Source: Harriotta raleighana
Lineage: Eukaryota
Assembly (NCBI GenBank): GCA_050575255.1
Contig: JBNZDD010013685.1
Coordinates: forward strand, 5,141,517 to 5,205,516
DNA: 64,000 bases
Reading direction: 5' to 3'
The notes below the pieces were generated by a model. The model saw nothing but the letters and a program-made list of their open reading frames with translations, ran no database searches and was not told the DNA's origin. The translations under genes and the position numbers were made by a program. Below, in pieces: positions 37,166-50,715 of this stretch (positions are counted from its first letter, which is position 1; every line of letters starts with the position of its first letter).

Positions 37166-39289
37166 TTTTAAATAATGTAAAAGAAAGGGGGAACAAACAG
37201 TTTAGCATTACTTGTTTTATAACCATGATCATGTCAATACACAAACGTGAGAACGAGCCCTATGAGGAGTAGAATAGTGTAGGTTTAGTTAGCTGTTATT
37301 ATTTTCTGTGTGTAAAAACATTAATTTGGGCACTGGCCATTTGATCTGTAATGGTCCTACACATTCCTATGGGTGTCATTGCTGTGTGCTATCTCATCTT
37401 CAGTCAGAGTTTGGCTCACTCTAGAAATGGGGAAGTGTTGAGTTTATCATTTCCTATTATCCTGAGCTTTTGTTACACATGGTAAACTCAGATGAAAAAA
37501 GAATAAGACAACAGCTCCAATAAATTAACAAATTATTTCAAAATATAAGTAAAGTTAAGTAAAGGGAACATTTCATATTCTCTTCACTATCGCTGGACTA
37601 TTTCTTTTGGGAGAAGGTAAACAAAAACCTTTCCTGTTTCACTGAAGAATAGTAAAGAATCACTAAACTGCAGTCTGTTTGGTAAACAGGAAAGGGCTTT
37701 AATTTTTGGCACTCACAACAGGAAAAGTCTGTGTGTGCCAGCTCACACATGGATGTGAGAATCAGACAGTAATCTAACAAGCTGTTAACAAGACTAATAA
37801 GAGGCTGCCAACACATAAGATCAGCTCTGAGATTTCAAGTGTTGCAATTAGAAGGTGTAAAAAAATGGCACAATTTTCTGACAAGGTGTTGTATTAGAAA
37901 TACCATGTTCAGCTAATTCAGCAAATTCTAGTCCTCCAATTACTCCTGTTCTTCCTCTCCCACCACACATATACATTGATGCACAAAGAATGGGGTGATG
38001 GCACATAGAACCACACCATAAGGTCTAATTTTCTTTGTGGATTAAAATAATCCATAATACAACAACAACAACAACAACAAGATTACATTTATAGAGCGCG
38101 TTTCACGTCAGGAGGACGTCCCAAGGAATGAAAGTTGTGGAAATGAGGATCCTTCCCCATGATGATGCCAAAGTGTGTGAATTCTGTGCTGATGCCCTGT
38201 ATATTCGGAGTAGAATATACAGTTTGATGGGAATTCTAACGTGTGTCTCTTTTTAAAAAAAATTGCACTTCAGAGGCTTTCTGAAATTGCAATATGCAAT
38301 TTTGAGAATATTGGAAATTAGTGAGCAAAACAGAAAAGCAGGTAACATGGGTGACATTTGCACAGCTTTATTACTTTGATATTAATGCTTATCTTAGCAA
38401 CTGCAGAGAGTGAGCAGAGAGATTCTTTACTTGAGTCTGTCACCTGAGTTTCTATTCAATGTGACACCTAGCAGTTTTGTTGCTTAAGCATGATATTTTC
38501 TGAATAGTTAAGAACTGTCTCTCTCAATGCAAAATAGCAAAGAACTTACAGCTTTATATGTTAAATAGCCTGCTTTAGTTAGCAAAACATGTGCCGCATT
38601 GCATATACAGTAAATTTAAAGGGTTAGTTTACTACAGTATACCTTTTATTATTTATTGTAAAACTATTGAATACATTGCATTTTCTGTTACTTTCATAGG
38701 AACCTTTTTTTTTACAAATGATAATCTTTATTAAAAAAGAATGTTCTCAATAATTTCATATTTGGTCTTTTTTTATTCATCAGCAACTTGTTTCTGTACA
38801 TGGCTGCATGATAATTGCCACAATAATGCTTTTAACCTGATCTGGATTAGTGCTGTTCTTCCTACAATCTCTTTGTAGATGTTTTCAACTTTTGTGTGAA
38901 TTCCAAACCACAAAGATAGAATGGCTGGAAGGTAGAATAATGTCTTTGATGGATGACTGCAATATAATCATGTAAAATAATTCTGCTCTGGCCTCCAGGC
39001 TACCTCTTAAGATATTGTTGTGAATTAAAACAAAACTCCACAGTGGTGGCACACGGTTTGATCTGCTTGTTTGCAATTAATATGGTTAACATTGATGGCA
39101 ATTTAAAACAGAACATGGTAGCCCAATCATATTACTGTAAATAGTTGCATCTCAAGATAAAGAGGAAATTAGATGGATACTTTAATAAGAAGAAAATTGA
39201 ACAGATAAAGACAGTGAGCAGAATGGGATTAGATTGGACTCTAACCAATTTCAATCCTACCTGGATAATAATGATAGACATTGCTTTGA

Positions 39290-39515
39290 TTTAACACCTT
39301 ATTCCTCGACCCCATCCTTATGTCTCTCCTTACCTCCCAGCTTCACCTCCCAGCTTCTCTGAATCACAAACAACATTAACCGCTCCCAGTTAACTGGCAT
39401 TGTTCCCGCACTTTTAAAAACTTCTCACTCCTATCCTTAAAAAACAGATCATTGCTCTCCAATCCTCCAACATTTCTTTCCAAGGCTCTGGAACAAGTCA
39501 TTGCTTCCCAGTTTT
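39290..39515 (+). mobile_element. L2 ORF2 internal relic
   Basis: CTCGACCCCATCC...ATTAACCGCTCC...ACTGGCATTGTTCCC...CCTATCCTTAAAAAA (LDPI...IN.S..TGIVP...PILKK). Confidence 0.55.
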
Positions 39516-39859
39516 TATTAAATGTTATATAAATGTAAGGTATTTGATTTGTTTATTAAAGTCTTCTAATACAACAACAACAACAAACAAACTGCAATTA
39601 TAGAATGCATTTGACATCAGGAGNAGTCTTCTAATACAACAACAACAAACAAACTGCAATTATAGAATGCATTTGACATCAGGAGCAAGTCCCAAGGTAT
39701 GATGCAGTGCAGGGATTGCACCTGAGTTGGGGATTGGAATCAAGAGAAGTGGAGAGCTGATGGAGATGGGAGAGTGGGTGGCCATTTTGGCTGGATGTTC
39801 TATTTGAGAAACATCCATGAGCCGCATAAGCAATATTTTCATGTTTCCCTTCCAGAAAC

Positions 39860-40480
39860 ATAACATTTACTGGTTATGGAGGGAGTGGGTGTGCAAGATG
39901 AAATGGAGGAAGTGGGGAAGCCAGATGAAATTGGCCTGCGGGCTGCCGGTTGGACCACCTTGACATAAAGCTCAGTCAAAGAGGAAAGTCTTGAGATGGG
40001 CCTTGAAGCTGGCAAGGGAGATGGTGAGGAGAAAGGAATCCGGGATGGAGGTCCAGAGGGTGGTGGCAGAAAGGCTGAAGACTCGACCGCCAATGGTGGG
40101 GTGGATAGGACTGGGGATATGGAGCAGTCCAGTGAGCATAGAGTATGGGCAGAACAACAATAAGTTTAATTTAATTAGTGTCCTGCACATGGGGCAGCTT
40201 CTCATTGCACTTAAAGGTAGGTAACAATTTAGCAGGTTGCAGATTTAGGGAGGAGCCAGATCATGGAGGGCTTCAAAAGTTAGTACCAGAATTTTTAACT
40301 CAATCCTCTGGGGGATGGGAAGCAGTGAAGCTGGGTGAGGATGGGAGTGATCAGCCTGGTGCGGGAGAGAGCATGAGATGCAGAGTTCCGAGTAATTTGC
40401 AGCTTGTGAAGGGAAGTATGATCAGGGAGTTAGCATAGTCAAGTCTGGGCATGATGAAAGCATGGATGAGGGTCTCAGAG
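39860..40480 (-). mobile_element. L2 LINE 3' fragment
   Basis: Minus ORF 39972-40205: GLLHIP...TIGGRVFSLSATTLWTSIP...SFKAHLKTFLFD. Confidence 0.8.
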
Positions 40481-40839
40481 ACATGCACAAACAGTGGGAT
40501 TAGCAATTTAGCATTTCTCAAATTTCAGCACACCAGAATCCCAACACATCAGCTTCAAAATATAAACAATTAGCAGATCTCGATGATTTCTTCTGCTGGC
40601 ATTTAAAGGCATGATCAACAACCTGTAAACATTTCTTGTTTTTCTTGTAGATATTGCGTCTTAGATTTCAAAACAAAAATGGCCATTTAGATTTGTCTTT
40701 CCTATTTAATTGCGTAATCTCATGATATACCTTTCCTCCAAGCATTCTGCTTCTTTACACAACACAGCTTCATCACTAAGATCACATTTCCTGCTTCAAA
40801 TATGTTTACTAAGATAAAAGAATATTGAGACCGGCAGGG

Positions 40840-41180
40840 TCAGATCATCCAGAACTCTGCAACCCATGTCCTCTCTTGCACCAACATCTGTGACCCTATC
40901 TCCTCCATTCTCACCCGACTCTAATGGCTCCCCTTCATTCAGAGGATTCAATTCAAGATCCTGATCCTCACCTTTAAAGCCCTCCATAGCCGTGCCCCAC
41001 CCTACTTCTGCAACTTCCTAACCTCTTACCAACTTGTCCACTCCCTCAGTTCAGCAGGCTCTAGCCTTCTCCATGTCCCCTGACCCACCCCTCCACCATA
41101 GATGGACCTTCAGCCATTTTGCCCCCAACCTCTGAAATTCCATCCCGCAATCTCTTCGCCTCTCCCCTCCCTAGCTTCCT
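40840..41180 (+). mobile_element. L2 ORF2 C-terminal fragment
   Basis: CAGATCATCCAGAACTCTGCA...TGGCTCCCC...AGGATTCAATTCAAGATCCTGATCCTCACCTTTAAAGCCCTCCAT (QIIQNSA...WLP..RIQFKILILTFKALH). Confidence 0.8.
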
Positions 41181-42604
41181 AAAAGTCTCGATAAATTCCT
41201 GAGTTTTTGTACAATTCTGACGGCCAATGGTTGCTTTTTAGACAAATATGGCAGCCATTATGAGCACAGCAAAACCCCTGATGAACCAGGAGATTAATCA
41301 ATGTGTAATCTAGAGGATTGTTGTCCGGAATACTGGGTGAAATTTCCTTCTTTTATAAAAAAGCGGGATCTATAAAATTCCTTGGGTCAGGTGAGGTACA
41401 TGAGACAGAACCTCAACAACAACAATCACATTTATGTTGTGCCTTGCACATGGGGAGAATATCTCAAAATGCTTCACACAGCTGACTGGGAATCTGAGTT
41501 GGGGGGAATGAAAGAAGGTGAGCAAATTGATTTTGGCGACAGTGACATGGCTTCGGTGACTAGGAATGTGCTCTTGATGTGAAATGCAATTTGTTGATGT
41601 TCTTGAAAGCACGGATAATTGAAGAAATAGGTTTTAAGGTGTTAACAGATGGGGAGGGAAAGCTGTTTTGGGATGGATTCTCATTCGAAAATCTCTCAAA
41701 TAAATTTACATTCCTCGTTGAAAGTCATCACAACCCTTTAATACAGAGGAACCATAATCCACAAACTAGATAGCAGTGCTGGGGAATAGGATTAAAATAA
41801 ATAGCTCCAGTGGGGGAACTAGTATTAGGATTGAGGCTGACCCAATCATCCCCTGTGCTGTGAGCAGAATTATTCCATGATCATTTTTGAAAAAAATACT
41901 CTGTAATGTCAATTTCAGTTGAGCACAAGTTCCATTTTGTGATCAAAAATTCTATAATCCATTTTCGGAGGCATTAACAGGCGGCACATGAAAAGACCTT
42001 AATCCATCCTATAGTTGGGAGACGTTTGAATGTACATATCACAAAGAAAATGAGCTGCAGACTAATGTTCTGTGCTCTTGCCTGGCATGTTCAAAGTGCC
42101 ATTAAGTGAAATAATTCCAAAGTGCCTTTTGTTGTATCACTGACCAGTGTCAGGTTGACAGCTCCAAAAGCTAATCTTGATGAATTTACTCAGGTGTGTC
42201 TTTCCACAAGCTTTAGTTCAAATTGTAAATTACCATTTTTGTCTTGATAATCATACCACATAAATTGATGTATGTAACTGTATCTTATGCAATCTTGTCG
42301 ACTTTTACACTGAGCTTTATTTCCAAACTGTTCAACTGAAGAGTTACATTTTTTGCTGTGAGCTGGAAGACTGTTACGCATATCTATTACTCGGTATTTT
42401 TAATCTCAGATCATGCTTGAGGCTTATTAATTTATACTTGTGGTCTCTGCTTCTGCACTCAGTGTCCAAATAAAACAACAAAAATCATATCCAAGGTGTA
42501 CATTTCTCTGGACAGATCATATCCAAAGTATTGTACGCAAAGATCTCTACAACATAAGGAGGCAGTTGAAGTCTGAGAGGCAGTCCACATGATGGGAGGA
42601 ACAT

Positions 42605-42855
42605 CAATAACATTTATATAACTTATCCTAAGCAGGGTAATGACCCAGAGTGCTTGACAGCACTGAGCCAGGGGGAGGCTGGAAGTGACATTTGACACGG
42701 TCGAAAAGGAAGATCTTCAGGCATGAACTAACAATGGAGAAAGAGGGTGCAAGGTGGATGGATTGAGGAAGAGTGTTCCGGGACATAAGGGCTGAAGGTG
42801 CATCCACCGAAGCAGGTTGGAAAGGAAGGGAGGTGCCAGGGATTGAAGCAATTTG
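42605..42855 (-). mobile_element. L2 LINE 3' end
   Basis: Minus ORF NTLPQSIHLAPSFS..SSCLKIFLFD; decayed tail. Confidence 0.65.
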
Positions 42856-45034
42856 AAGATGATCCATTCATTGTTGACCGCAAATTGAATACAGTTCAAA
42901 TTGATTGCTTGGTGAAAGTACCACGTCAAGATGGCTTTGACAGATTCAATTTGAGTCACTTCACAATTGCAAACAACCGTCATTGAATGAAAAAAAATTG
43001 CTTCCTCAACAAATTCAATAACATATTTGTGAATTATTGAATCTGTTATGAAACATTGCATTTTGTGCCCTTTTACATCCATTGCTTTTTTAGTGTAGAT
43101 TTGGTGCAATTTGCTCATTGCGTTGATGTCCTGGGTAAAGAAAGTGAAACCATGCGGTGAAAGCGCTCTGAGACGCCGTCCGGCATGGAGGGCTATATAA
43201 ATCAAAGTTGTTGTTGTATATAAATCAAAGTTGTTGTTGAAATGAGCTACATGTTGCATTTCACAGCGCTTGATGTGATGGTAATGTTTCATGGTGAAGG
43301 TTACTGGTACAGCAAAACGCCTACCTACAGCACTCTATCATTCAAAGAAACTTCCTAAACATTTCCAGATGAAAGGATACAGTCATCCCGTGTGCAGTAA
43401 TCTTCCAGCAACTTTGCTGTATACTGTATATGAACAATATCAGATTTACTGTAAATACTGCCTACACACATTTGAAAAGTCTAGCTGTGATAGTTCAGGA
43501 CCAGACGCCTACAAAACAAATTGGGAGAATTATAAACTGTGTACCTCAATAAATAATAATAATCCTTGTATTTGATATAACGCCTTCCTATTGGGAGGAC
43601 ATCTCAAAGTGCTTCAAGGGATATGCTATGAAGCATCATATGGCTGTGTATTCTTTAGATGAACGTGGCAGCCAATTTGCGCACAGCACTATACAACAAA
43701 TAGCAATGAAGAAAATGATCAATTTTACTCATAGGATTGTTGGCCAGGACAATGGGAATGGAATTCAGGTCTCTGGCATCTGAATGAAAATGGAAACCAA
43801 CCTTTTGTATGTTTATGCATGTAATATATATAACAACTTGCATTCATGTACTGCCCTTCACAATACAAATAGAACATACGCTTATATAGCAACTTATATG
43901 TTTGGGTGATGAGAAAGTAACAAGGCTGGTTGGGTCCCTCAGCCGGGGTGGAAGCTGAAGGAGGAGGGGAGGGGAAAGGTTAGCAAAAGAGAATTCAAAG
44001 AGGTATCTTTTGAGACAACAACAATAACAAAATTAAAGCACCTTTCACGTCAGGAGGACGTCACTAGGTCCTGGACAGTCACTGTGTCAGATCCAAGCTG
44101 GGGACAGGGTGGGAGAGGGAAGGGGGTATTAGGAGTTGCCAATGGGCCCATCGAAGAGGAGAGTCTTAAAGCAAGACTTGAAGCCTTGAATGAAGGGAGG
44201 CAGAGCACTTGTCAGAGGGATATTGAGAGCAATTGTTAGAAACAACTCGGTCATATTTAAAGCAACAACATATATTTAAAGGGAACCAATCCATGTTTGA
44301 GGTCTAAACTGATTTGAGATGTTATCCTACAGCTAATCATTGGTCTGTTTTACTCCATATAGAGCAACACTGACAACTGCAAGTGACATGAGCATTGCAT
44401 GGCAGCGGTTGAATGACAGACATGGTAGAAGGAGGAGGTGGCCATGGGTGCAGCTGAACTGATAGGTCTTGAAGTAGGATTTAAAGATGGTTATAGTGGG
44501 AACAAGGTGGAGGGATTGAGACAGGAAGTTCCAGAGATGAGGGCTCTGGTGGCAAAATTCAAGACATTTGACATCAAATGAGCTTTCTGCAATGGCTGCA
44601 AATGATTAACCCTAAACACTGGACATAAAAGCTGACAAAATCTTTGCACTGTAACAATTGTTACACCCCTCCCCCATTAAGCATATATGTGGGCATAAAG
44701 CAAAGTGGTTATTTTCCGTTTGTTGGTAAATTTATCAAACTTAATCTTGAGGGTATATTACTTTTTGCTTGGCAATCAATCTCATTTGGAAGTGGAGAGC
44801 GCCATGGCCAGTGAATTTACCGGCAATAACAACATGTATGTTGACAAAGTCAGGAGATTTATTGAAGGGCAGATATTCACCCCAGGGAAACCATTCTGCA
44901 GCTAACCATGCTAAACCTGACATAATGGTACTTATTATGAATGCTGGAAATAGCTTTCTATTCCTAAGCAACTGGCAATTTTCTCCTTGATAATAAAATA
45001 TTTCATTACCTTAATAGATATTTTTAAATAAAAT

Positions 45035-45320
45035 TAATCCTGGCATTTGATATATCGTTGAGACATCTGAAAGTGCTTCACAAAGTATACCGTCAAGTGA
45101 ATTGACTGTATATTTTGCGAGTGAAACGCAGCAGCCAATTACGCACAGCAGTGTCCCACAAACAGTCACAGATTGAGCGACCAATTAATAATAATAATTA
45201 TTTTTAAGGCATTATTGCCCCCAGAAAGCAATCTGTTAATCAACTAACAACTGGGTTGCTACTCACTGCTAGGTAAACAGAGGCATGTGGAGTAAATAAA
45301 CTTGCCTAAGGTTTTGCTGG
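45035..45320 (-). mobile_element. Young SINE copy with head mostly lost
   Basis: GAAACGCAGCAGCCAATTACGCACAGCAGTGTCCCACAAACAG; GGCATGTGGAGTAA...CTTGCCTAAGGTTTTGC. Confidence 0.7.
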
Positions 45321-45614
45321 GCCCTTATGAAATTGTTTGTTTTGAACCCGCAAAAAGTTTAATTATTGAAAACAAGACTTACAAATTGCTACATAACTAT
45401 TAGAGGAAAATAAGGACACTAAAAAAAAAACACTTGTCATCAAACATTTACTTAAAAATTGTTCAGCCCTGAAAAATATCTAATACTGACTGGCCTCCTG
45501 ATTGAGATGTAGAGATAAACGTTGTAGCTTTTCATAGCTAACACAAATAGTGCTCTATGTGTCAGCTGGCTCAGTTGGTTGCATGCTTAACTGAGGTAGC
45601 AAGGCGTATGTTCA

Positions 45615-46530
45615 CAGAACTATAGGACTTTAAAGCACAGAAAGCAATCTGGCTGTTGTGTCTGTGCTTGGTCTTTGAAATAGCAATTAATTCAATCTCA
45701 TTTACCTGCCTATTTCCCCATATCCTTACAAATGACTTCTTTTTGGTTGTATGTCTGGTTTCCTAGGCAGGCCATTCCACTAAACACTGCACTGTGTATA
45801 AATATTCCTCCTAATCTCTTTCTTTGCTCTTTTCTTAATTATCTTAAATCAATGCCCTTTGATCACAAATCATTGGAAATAATTTGTTCCCTAATGATTC
45901 TATTGAAACCCTTCAGTGATTTTAAAGTCCTTCATCTGGTCTCCCTTCAATCTTCCCTGTTCCAGGAATTTAGGCCCATTTCCACTAATCTCTGCTCATT
46001 GGTAAAGTACTAATCCGTTGTATCAACCTAGTCAATCTCCTCTGTACCCTCTCTGTGGCACTGACATCCTTCCTGAGCTGGGATGACTAAAACTGGACAC
46101 ATCGCTTTGTTAAGCATCGCCTCTTTGGTTTTATATTCTATACCCTTATAACTTATATAACCTATATTGGGATGTCCTTCCAATGTGAAAGATGTTCTAT
46201 AAATGTAATATTGTTGTTGATAATCTCTATAATTGAGGATCTCATAAACTTTCTTCACAGCTTGGCTAACTGTCTCCCATCTAGATATATTTATGCACAT
46301 TAATTCCTGGGTCTCTCTGCTCTTCCATTCAGTTAAATATTTACAGTTTAGCAAATATTTGCTCTACTTATTCTTCCCTTGAAAAGTATAACTCCACAAT
46401 TATTTGTATTAAATTTAGTTTCCAATCTCTGTCTAACCTAGTAGTTTGCATATATCCTCCAAAAATTGCTTGCATTCTTCACTTTTAGCTACGCTCCCTA
46501 TTTTAGTGCAAACAGAAATTGTACACTTCT
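45615..46530 (-). mobile_element. CR1 LINE 3' about 0.9 kb, decayed, with an inserted L2 tail at about 46165-46218
   Basis: Minus ORF SQAVKKVYEIL...GYISYKGIEYKTKEAML; plus strand CTCCTCTGTACCCTCTC (ERVQRR on minus). Confidence 0.7.
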
Positions 46531-46789
46531 GAGTGCCACATTGAGGCATTGAACTCACAGTCCTTTGATGCAGTGTTCAGTAGAATTACAATGCCTCATG
46601 ACACCAGTCCTTGCCAAGCTCCATTGGCTCCCAATGATCGAATGGACCAATTTCAAGATCATCTCACTTGTTTTCAAATCCCTTCATGCCATGGCACCTC
46701 CCTGCCTATCCGATCTGCTTGATCCCTTCGCGACCACCTGCTGACTATATGAAATGTAACAACTGCAGTAATTATATAAGGCTCAAAAT

Positions 46790-47150
46790 TCAACATAGTC
46801 TTAGCATTGTCTTAAAATTAGAACCAGGCCACTTAAGAGTGAAATCAAGAAGCATTTTTTCGCTCAACAGGTGGTTTTTCACTCAGTGCTTTGGGATGTC
46901 CTTCTGATGTAAAAGGTGCTATACAAGTATAATTTTGCTGTTGTTGGTAGAAATCTGGAAGCCTTCACACTTTCAAGAGTGATGTTGATAGAGTTTTGGT
47001 AGGTCAGGGTGTTAAGGGATATGGAAAGAAAGCAGGAAATTGGAATTGAAAGGATTAGTTGAGGTACAGATCAGCAATGATCTGATTAAATGGTGGAACA
47101 GGCTTGAAGAGCTGAATGGCCTACTCATGTTCCTATTCCTATGTTCCTAG
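46790..47150 (+). mobile_element. CR1 3' end with an L2 tail inserted at about 46880-46945
   Basis: AAATTAGAACCAGGCCACTTAAGAGTGAAATCAAGAAGCATTTTTTCGCTCAA..[insert]..GGTAGAAATCTGGAA; 3'UTR ends CCTATTCCTATGTTCCTA. Confidence 0.75.
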
Positions 47151-48499
47151 CCACTTTGTCTTGAAATTTAAAATTCTGTGTAAATGTGAAACATTCTCAA
47201 ATTTAATCCTAATTTGGAAGCAGTGAAAATCAGCATCCAAATTAAAATTTAATTTAATAATTTTACACATTACAGTATTTGCACAATCTTAAATTTTAGT
47301 CAAGTTTATAGCCTGAAGCTGGTAACTGGCACCCCAGGAATGTGCCTAATATTTATTAATTTCATGCAGAATGCTTTCAGTTTCATTGCTGTGAATTATT
47401 GCATCGCTGAGCAATAATGGAAGAAGTGAAAACTACTTGTAACAAAAGTAGAGATAGCCAAGGATGTCTACAAGAGATGATGGGCAGAATTATAGGTGTA
47501 ATGAAGTGTAGAAGCAAACATTTTGAGTACACCAATGAGCAATGAAAAAAAAATTAGATTCACTGACTGATCTATGATGCAGTCAACATTCTTTTGCTGC
47601 TGGAAAAAGCTGTGTAATCCTTTGTGTTGAAGATTACCTGTTGAGGTTTTGACAACAATTATATCATTTGTGTAGAGTTCTCTTAACTGTCAAAATTCCC
47701 TTAGCCTGATGGCTCAGTTGGCTGATAGTAATCTGACAGCTCAAATTGGTAAACACTTAAAAAGCAATTTCGAGAATTCTTCTGTTTTCAAGCTCTTTAT
47801 GGATAAGTAAAGCAAAACAGTCCGTGTTTGCTACCCAAATATGAAAAACCTCTTTGTAAAGCACATTGCTCACCATTAATCCTTGGGTAAAGAAACCTAG
47901 ACACATCAGTCATCTGCAAATGTACTTTAAGTATCTGCTGCTGTCTGCTCACCGTGGCATCCAGAAATACAGTACTGCTTACTTTATTATTTCCATAGAT
48001 AAACTGACTAACAGAATTTTCAACAGTGGGATGGTTGGCAGAAAGAGGGATATAATATTCACAAACCAGATTTGGGGTTTATTCTGACTTCCAGATGCCA
48101 ATACTGAATTGTAAGATTTGTACAACATTCGTAAAATAGTTCATTGTGAATACCAAGGTAGGAAACTGAAAAAAACCTCAGTGTTCTTCATTTTGCAAGC
48201 CATCCTTTCATCAAACATTACCAACTTGGGGGGTGGGGAGGTTGCAATAATCCAATAGGCAAATCTGATGTATTCCTTACAACCGATATTTGAAAAACCA
48301 CAGTCTCAGTGGGGGAAATTCTGTTGATGAATATTGCATTCATATTTTATTACACAATGCTGTCTTATGACTATTCACAAAAATTGGGTTGACATTTCAA
48401 TAAATTTGAATTTTGAATTCAATAATTATTTAATAAGACATGTCTTATTTAAAAAATCAATGCTACTTTCAGTCTTGTGTATGCCTCTGAAACTGAACT

Positions 48500-49335
48500 C
48501 AACAACAACAGCAACAAAATTACATTTAATTGTCACATCGGGAGGACGTCCCAAGGCATTGAACAGTCAGGTTGGGACCCAAGCAAGGCGGAGAGGCAAG
48601 GTAGGGGGGAGGAGAGGGAGAGAGTTAGAAGGACCGCAAAGGCATGATCTAATTGGAGAGTCTTGAAACCGACGTTGAAGGAGGCAAGGGAGGAAGTGAG
48701 ACAAAGGAACTGTGGGACGGAAACCCAGAGTGTGGGGCAGAGAGGCTGAAAGTCCATCCACTGATGGTAGGGCGAGTCAGGTGGGGGACATGGAGCAGTC
48801 CACTGAACAGAGGGGGCGGGCAGGTTCATAGGGAGACAACAGGTTAGAGAGATAGAAGGGGGTAAGGCTGTGAATGGCCTTGAAAGTGAGCACAAGGATC
48901 TTGAATTCAGGGGATGGGGAGCCAATGGAGCCGGGTGAGAGTCGGAGTGATGTGGTCGTGGAGCTTGGTGCGGGTGAGACCATGAGCTGCAGAGTTCTGG
49001 ATGATCTGCAGCTTATGAAGGGAAGAGCCGGGAAGGCCGATGAGGAGAAAGTTTTCATAGTTGAGCCTTGATGTGATGAATGTATGGACAAGGGTTTTAG
49101 GCAGCCTGATGGGTGAGGTGGTGGCGGAGTCTGGCGATGTTGCGGAGGTGGTGGAAGACAGTGCTGGTCATGGCATAGATGTTGTGGAGGAAGGACAGTT
49201 CAGGGTCAAACAGATTCCTGACTGGCTTCGAGAGGTGGAGAGTGCAGCCTTGGATGTGATGCTGCCAATGCTTGAGGTGCAGAGGCGCTGATGTGAGCCA
49301 GTCTTGTGGATATTCAACTGGAGAAAGAACTCGGC
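48500..49335 (-). mobile_element. L2 LINE 3' about 0.8 kb with frameshifts
   Basis: Minus ORFs FFLQLNIHKT and EFKILVLTFKAIHSLTPFYLSNLLSPYEPARPL; (AAC)n tail with GGAGGACGTCCCAAGG. Confidence 0.88.
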
Positions 49336-49884
49336 ATGATACCAGGAATAATGGGTCAGATTTTTGAGGATAGGCTGAAATATTAGATGTGTTTTATTGC
49401 AACACAAAGGTGGACAGGGGCACTAATATGTTTTTTTCAAAATTCGTATAAGTTTGAGAGGCTAATGTTAAATGATTATTTCTGATGGTTGGCAAATTAC
49501 TTATGAGATAGCATAAATTGAGGATTATCACTGCATGAGTTCACGGAAATCTTATTAGGTTTTATGTTTACATGTAGAGGGTGATTTGATCATGAAAATG
49601 CTTTGATATAATTAGCAATTGAAGCTGAGATAATAACAATGTCAACAAGTAAATTGAATCTGAAGAGGAACAATGTAAAAGTGTGTGGGGAATTGGGTTC
49701 GAGTATGTAGCTCCAGTGAAATTTCTGAAATGGGCATAAATTCAATGCCCAAATAGCCTCTTCTCACATTGCAATTTCTATTTTAAAAGTTGCAGCACGA
49801 AGACCAGCAAGTAGGTTACCTCTGCCCTCACCCCCTTCTCCCTATTGTAGAGCAATTCACTATGCAAGTCTTCCTCAACTTATG

Positions 49885-50095
49885 TCACATTCACACTATA
49901 CACTTTCTGGTCAAGCTGCATAGAGAATGCTGCTACGCAGGCTCAGAGGCAGTGCAGAGGAAAGTAATGAGGATGATCCCTGGTATTAGATCTATGAGCA
50001 ATGATTAGACAAACTAGGGCTCTTCTGGCTTGAGAGCAAACGTCTCAGAGGGGACCTAAGAGAGTTGTATTACATTTAAATAGAATTGAAAAGAT
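49885..50095 (+). mobile_element. CR1 ORF2 fragment
   Basis: SEAVQRKVMRMIPGIRSMS...LGLF.LESKRLRGDL-like segment. Confidence 0.6.
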
Positions 50096-50344
50096 AAAAC
50101 TACAACAACAATTTAGGATGCACCAAGGCAGTAGAACAAGAGGATGTAATTTTAGAGTGGCCTAGTGCAATTTTAGGATAACAATAATAACTTACCTTTG
50201 TACCGTCAAGCAAGTGGTGTCTTTGACAGCTTAGCAATGCCAGTTTGACAGAACCTGCTGAGCAGAGTGAGTCGACAGCTTGAATGAACCGGTGCCTTGG
50301 GACGTCCGCCAAATGTGAAAGGTGCTCCACAAATGTGTTTTTGT

Positions 50345-50715
50345 TGATGGAGGGTCAGCAGGTCAGAGAGATAGTGGGGCAAGGCCATGGAGGCCCTTGA
50401 AAGTGAGAACGATTATCTTGAATTCTATTCTCTGAGGGATGGGGTGCCAGTGGAGCCAAGTGAGACTGATGGCGTCATTGACTCTGGTGCAGGAGAAGAA
50501 ACAAGCTGCAGAGTTTTGNGACGATTATCTTGAATTCTATTCTCTGAGAGATGGGGTGCCAGTGGAGCCAAGTGAGACTAATGGCGTCATTGACTCTGGT
50601 GCAGGAGAAGAAACAAGCTGCAGAGTTTTGGATGATCTGCAGTTTGTGGAGGGAAGAGTTGAGGAGGCCGACAAGGAGGGAGTTGTAGTAGTTAAGCCCT
50701 GAGGTGTCAAAATGA
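50345..50715 (-). mobile_element. L2 ORF2 fragment, partly duplicated across the 'n' at 50519
   Basis: Minus [30 protein letters not shown]...LHWHPISQRIEFKI. Confidence 0.85.

Noticed and set aside
42076-42092. p53/p63 response element (CTTG...CATG)
   Set aside because: The cores are 5 nt apart rather than 6 and the flanks mismatch.
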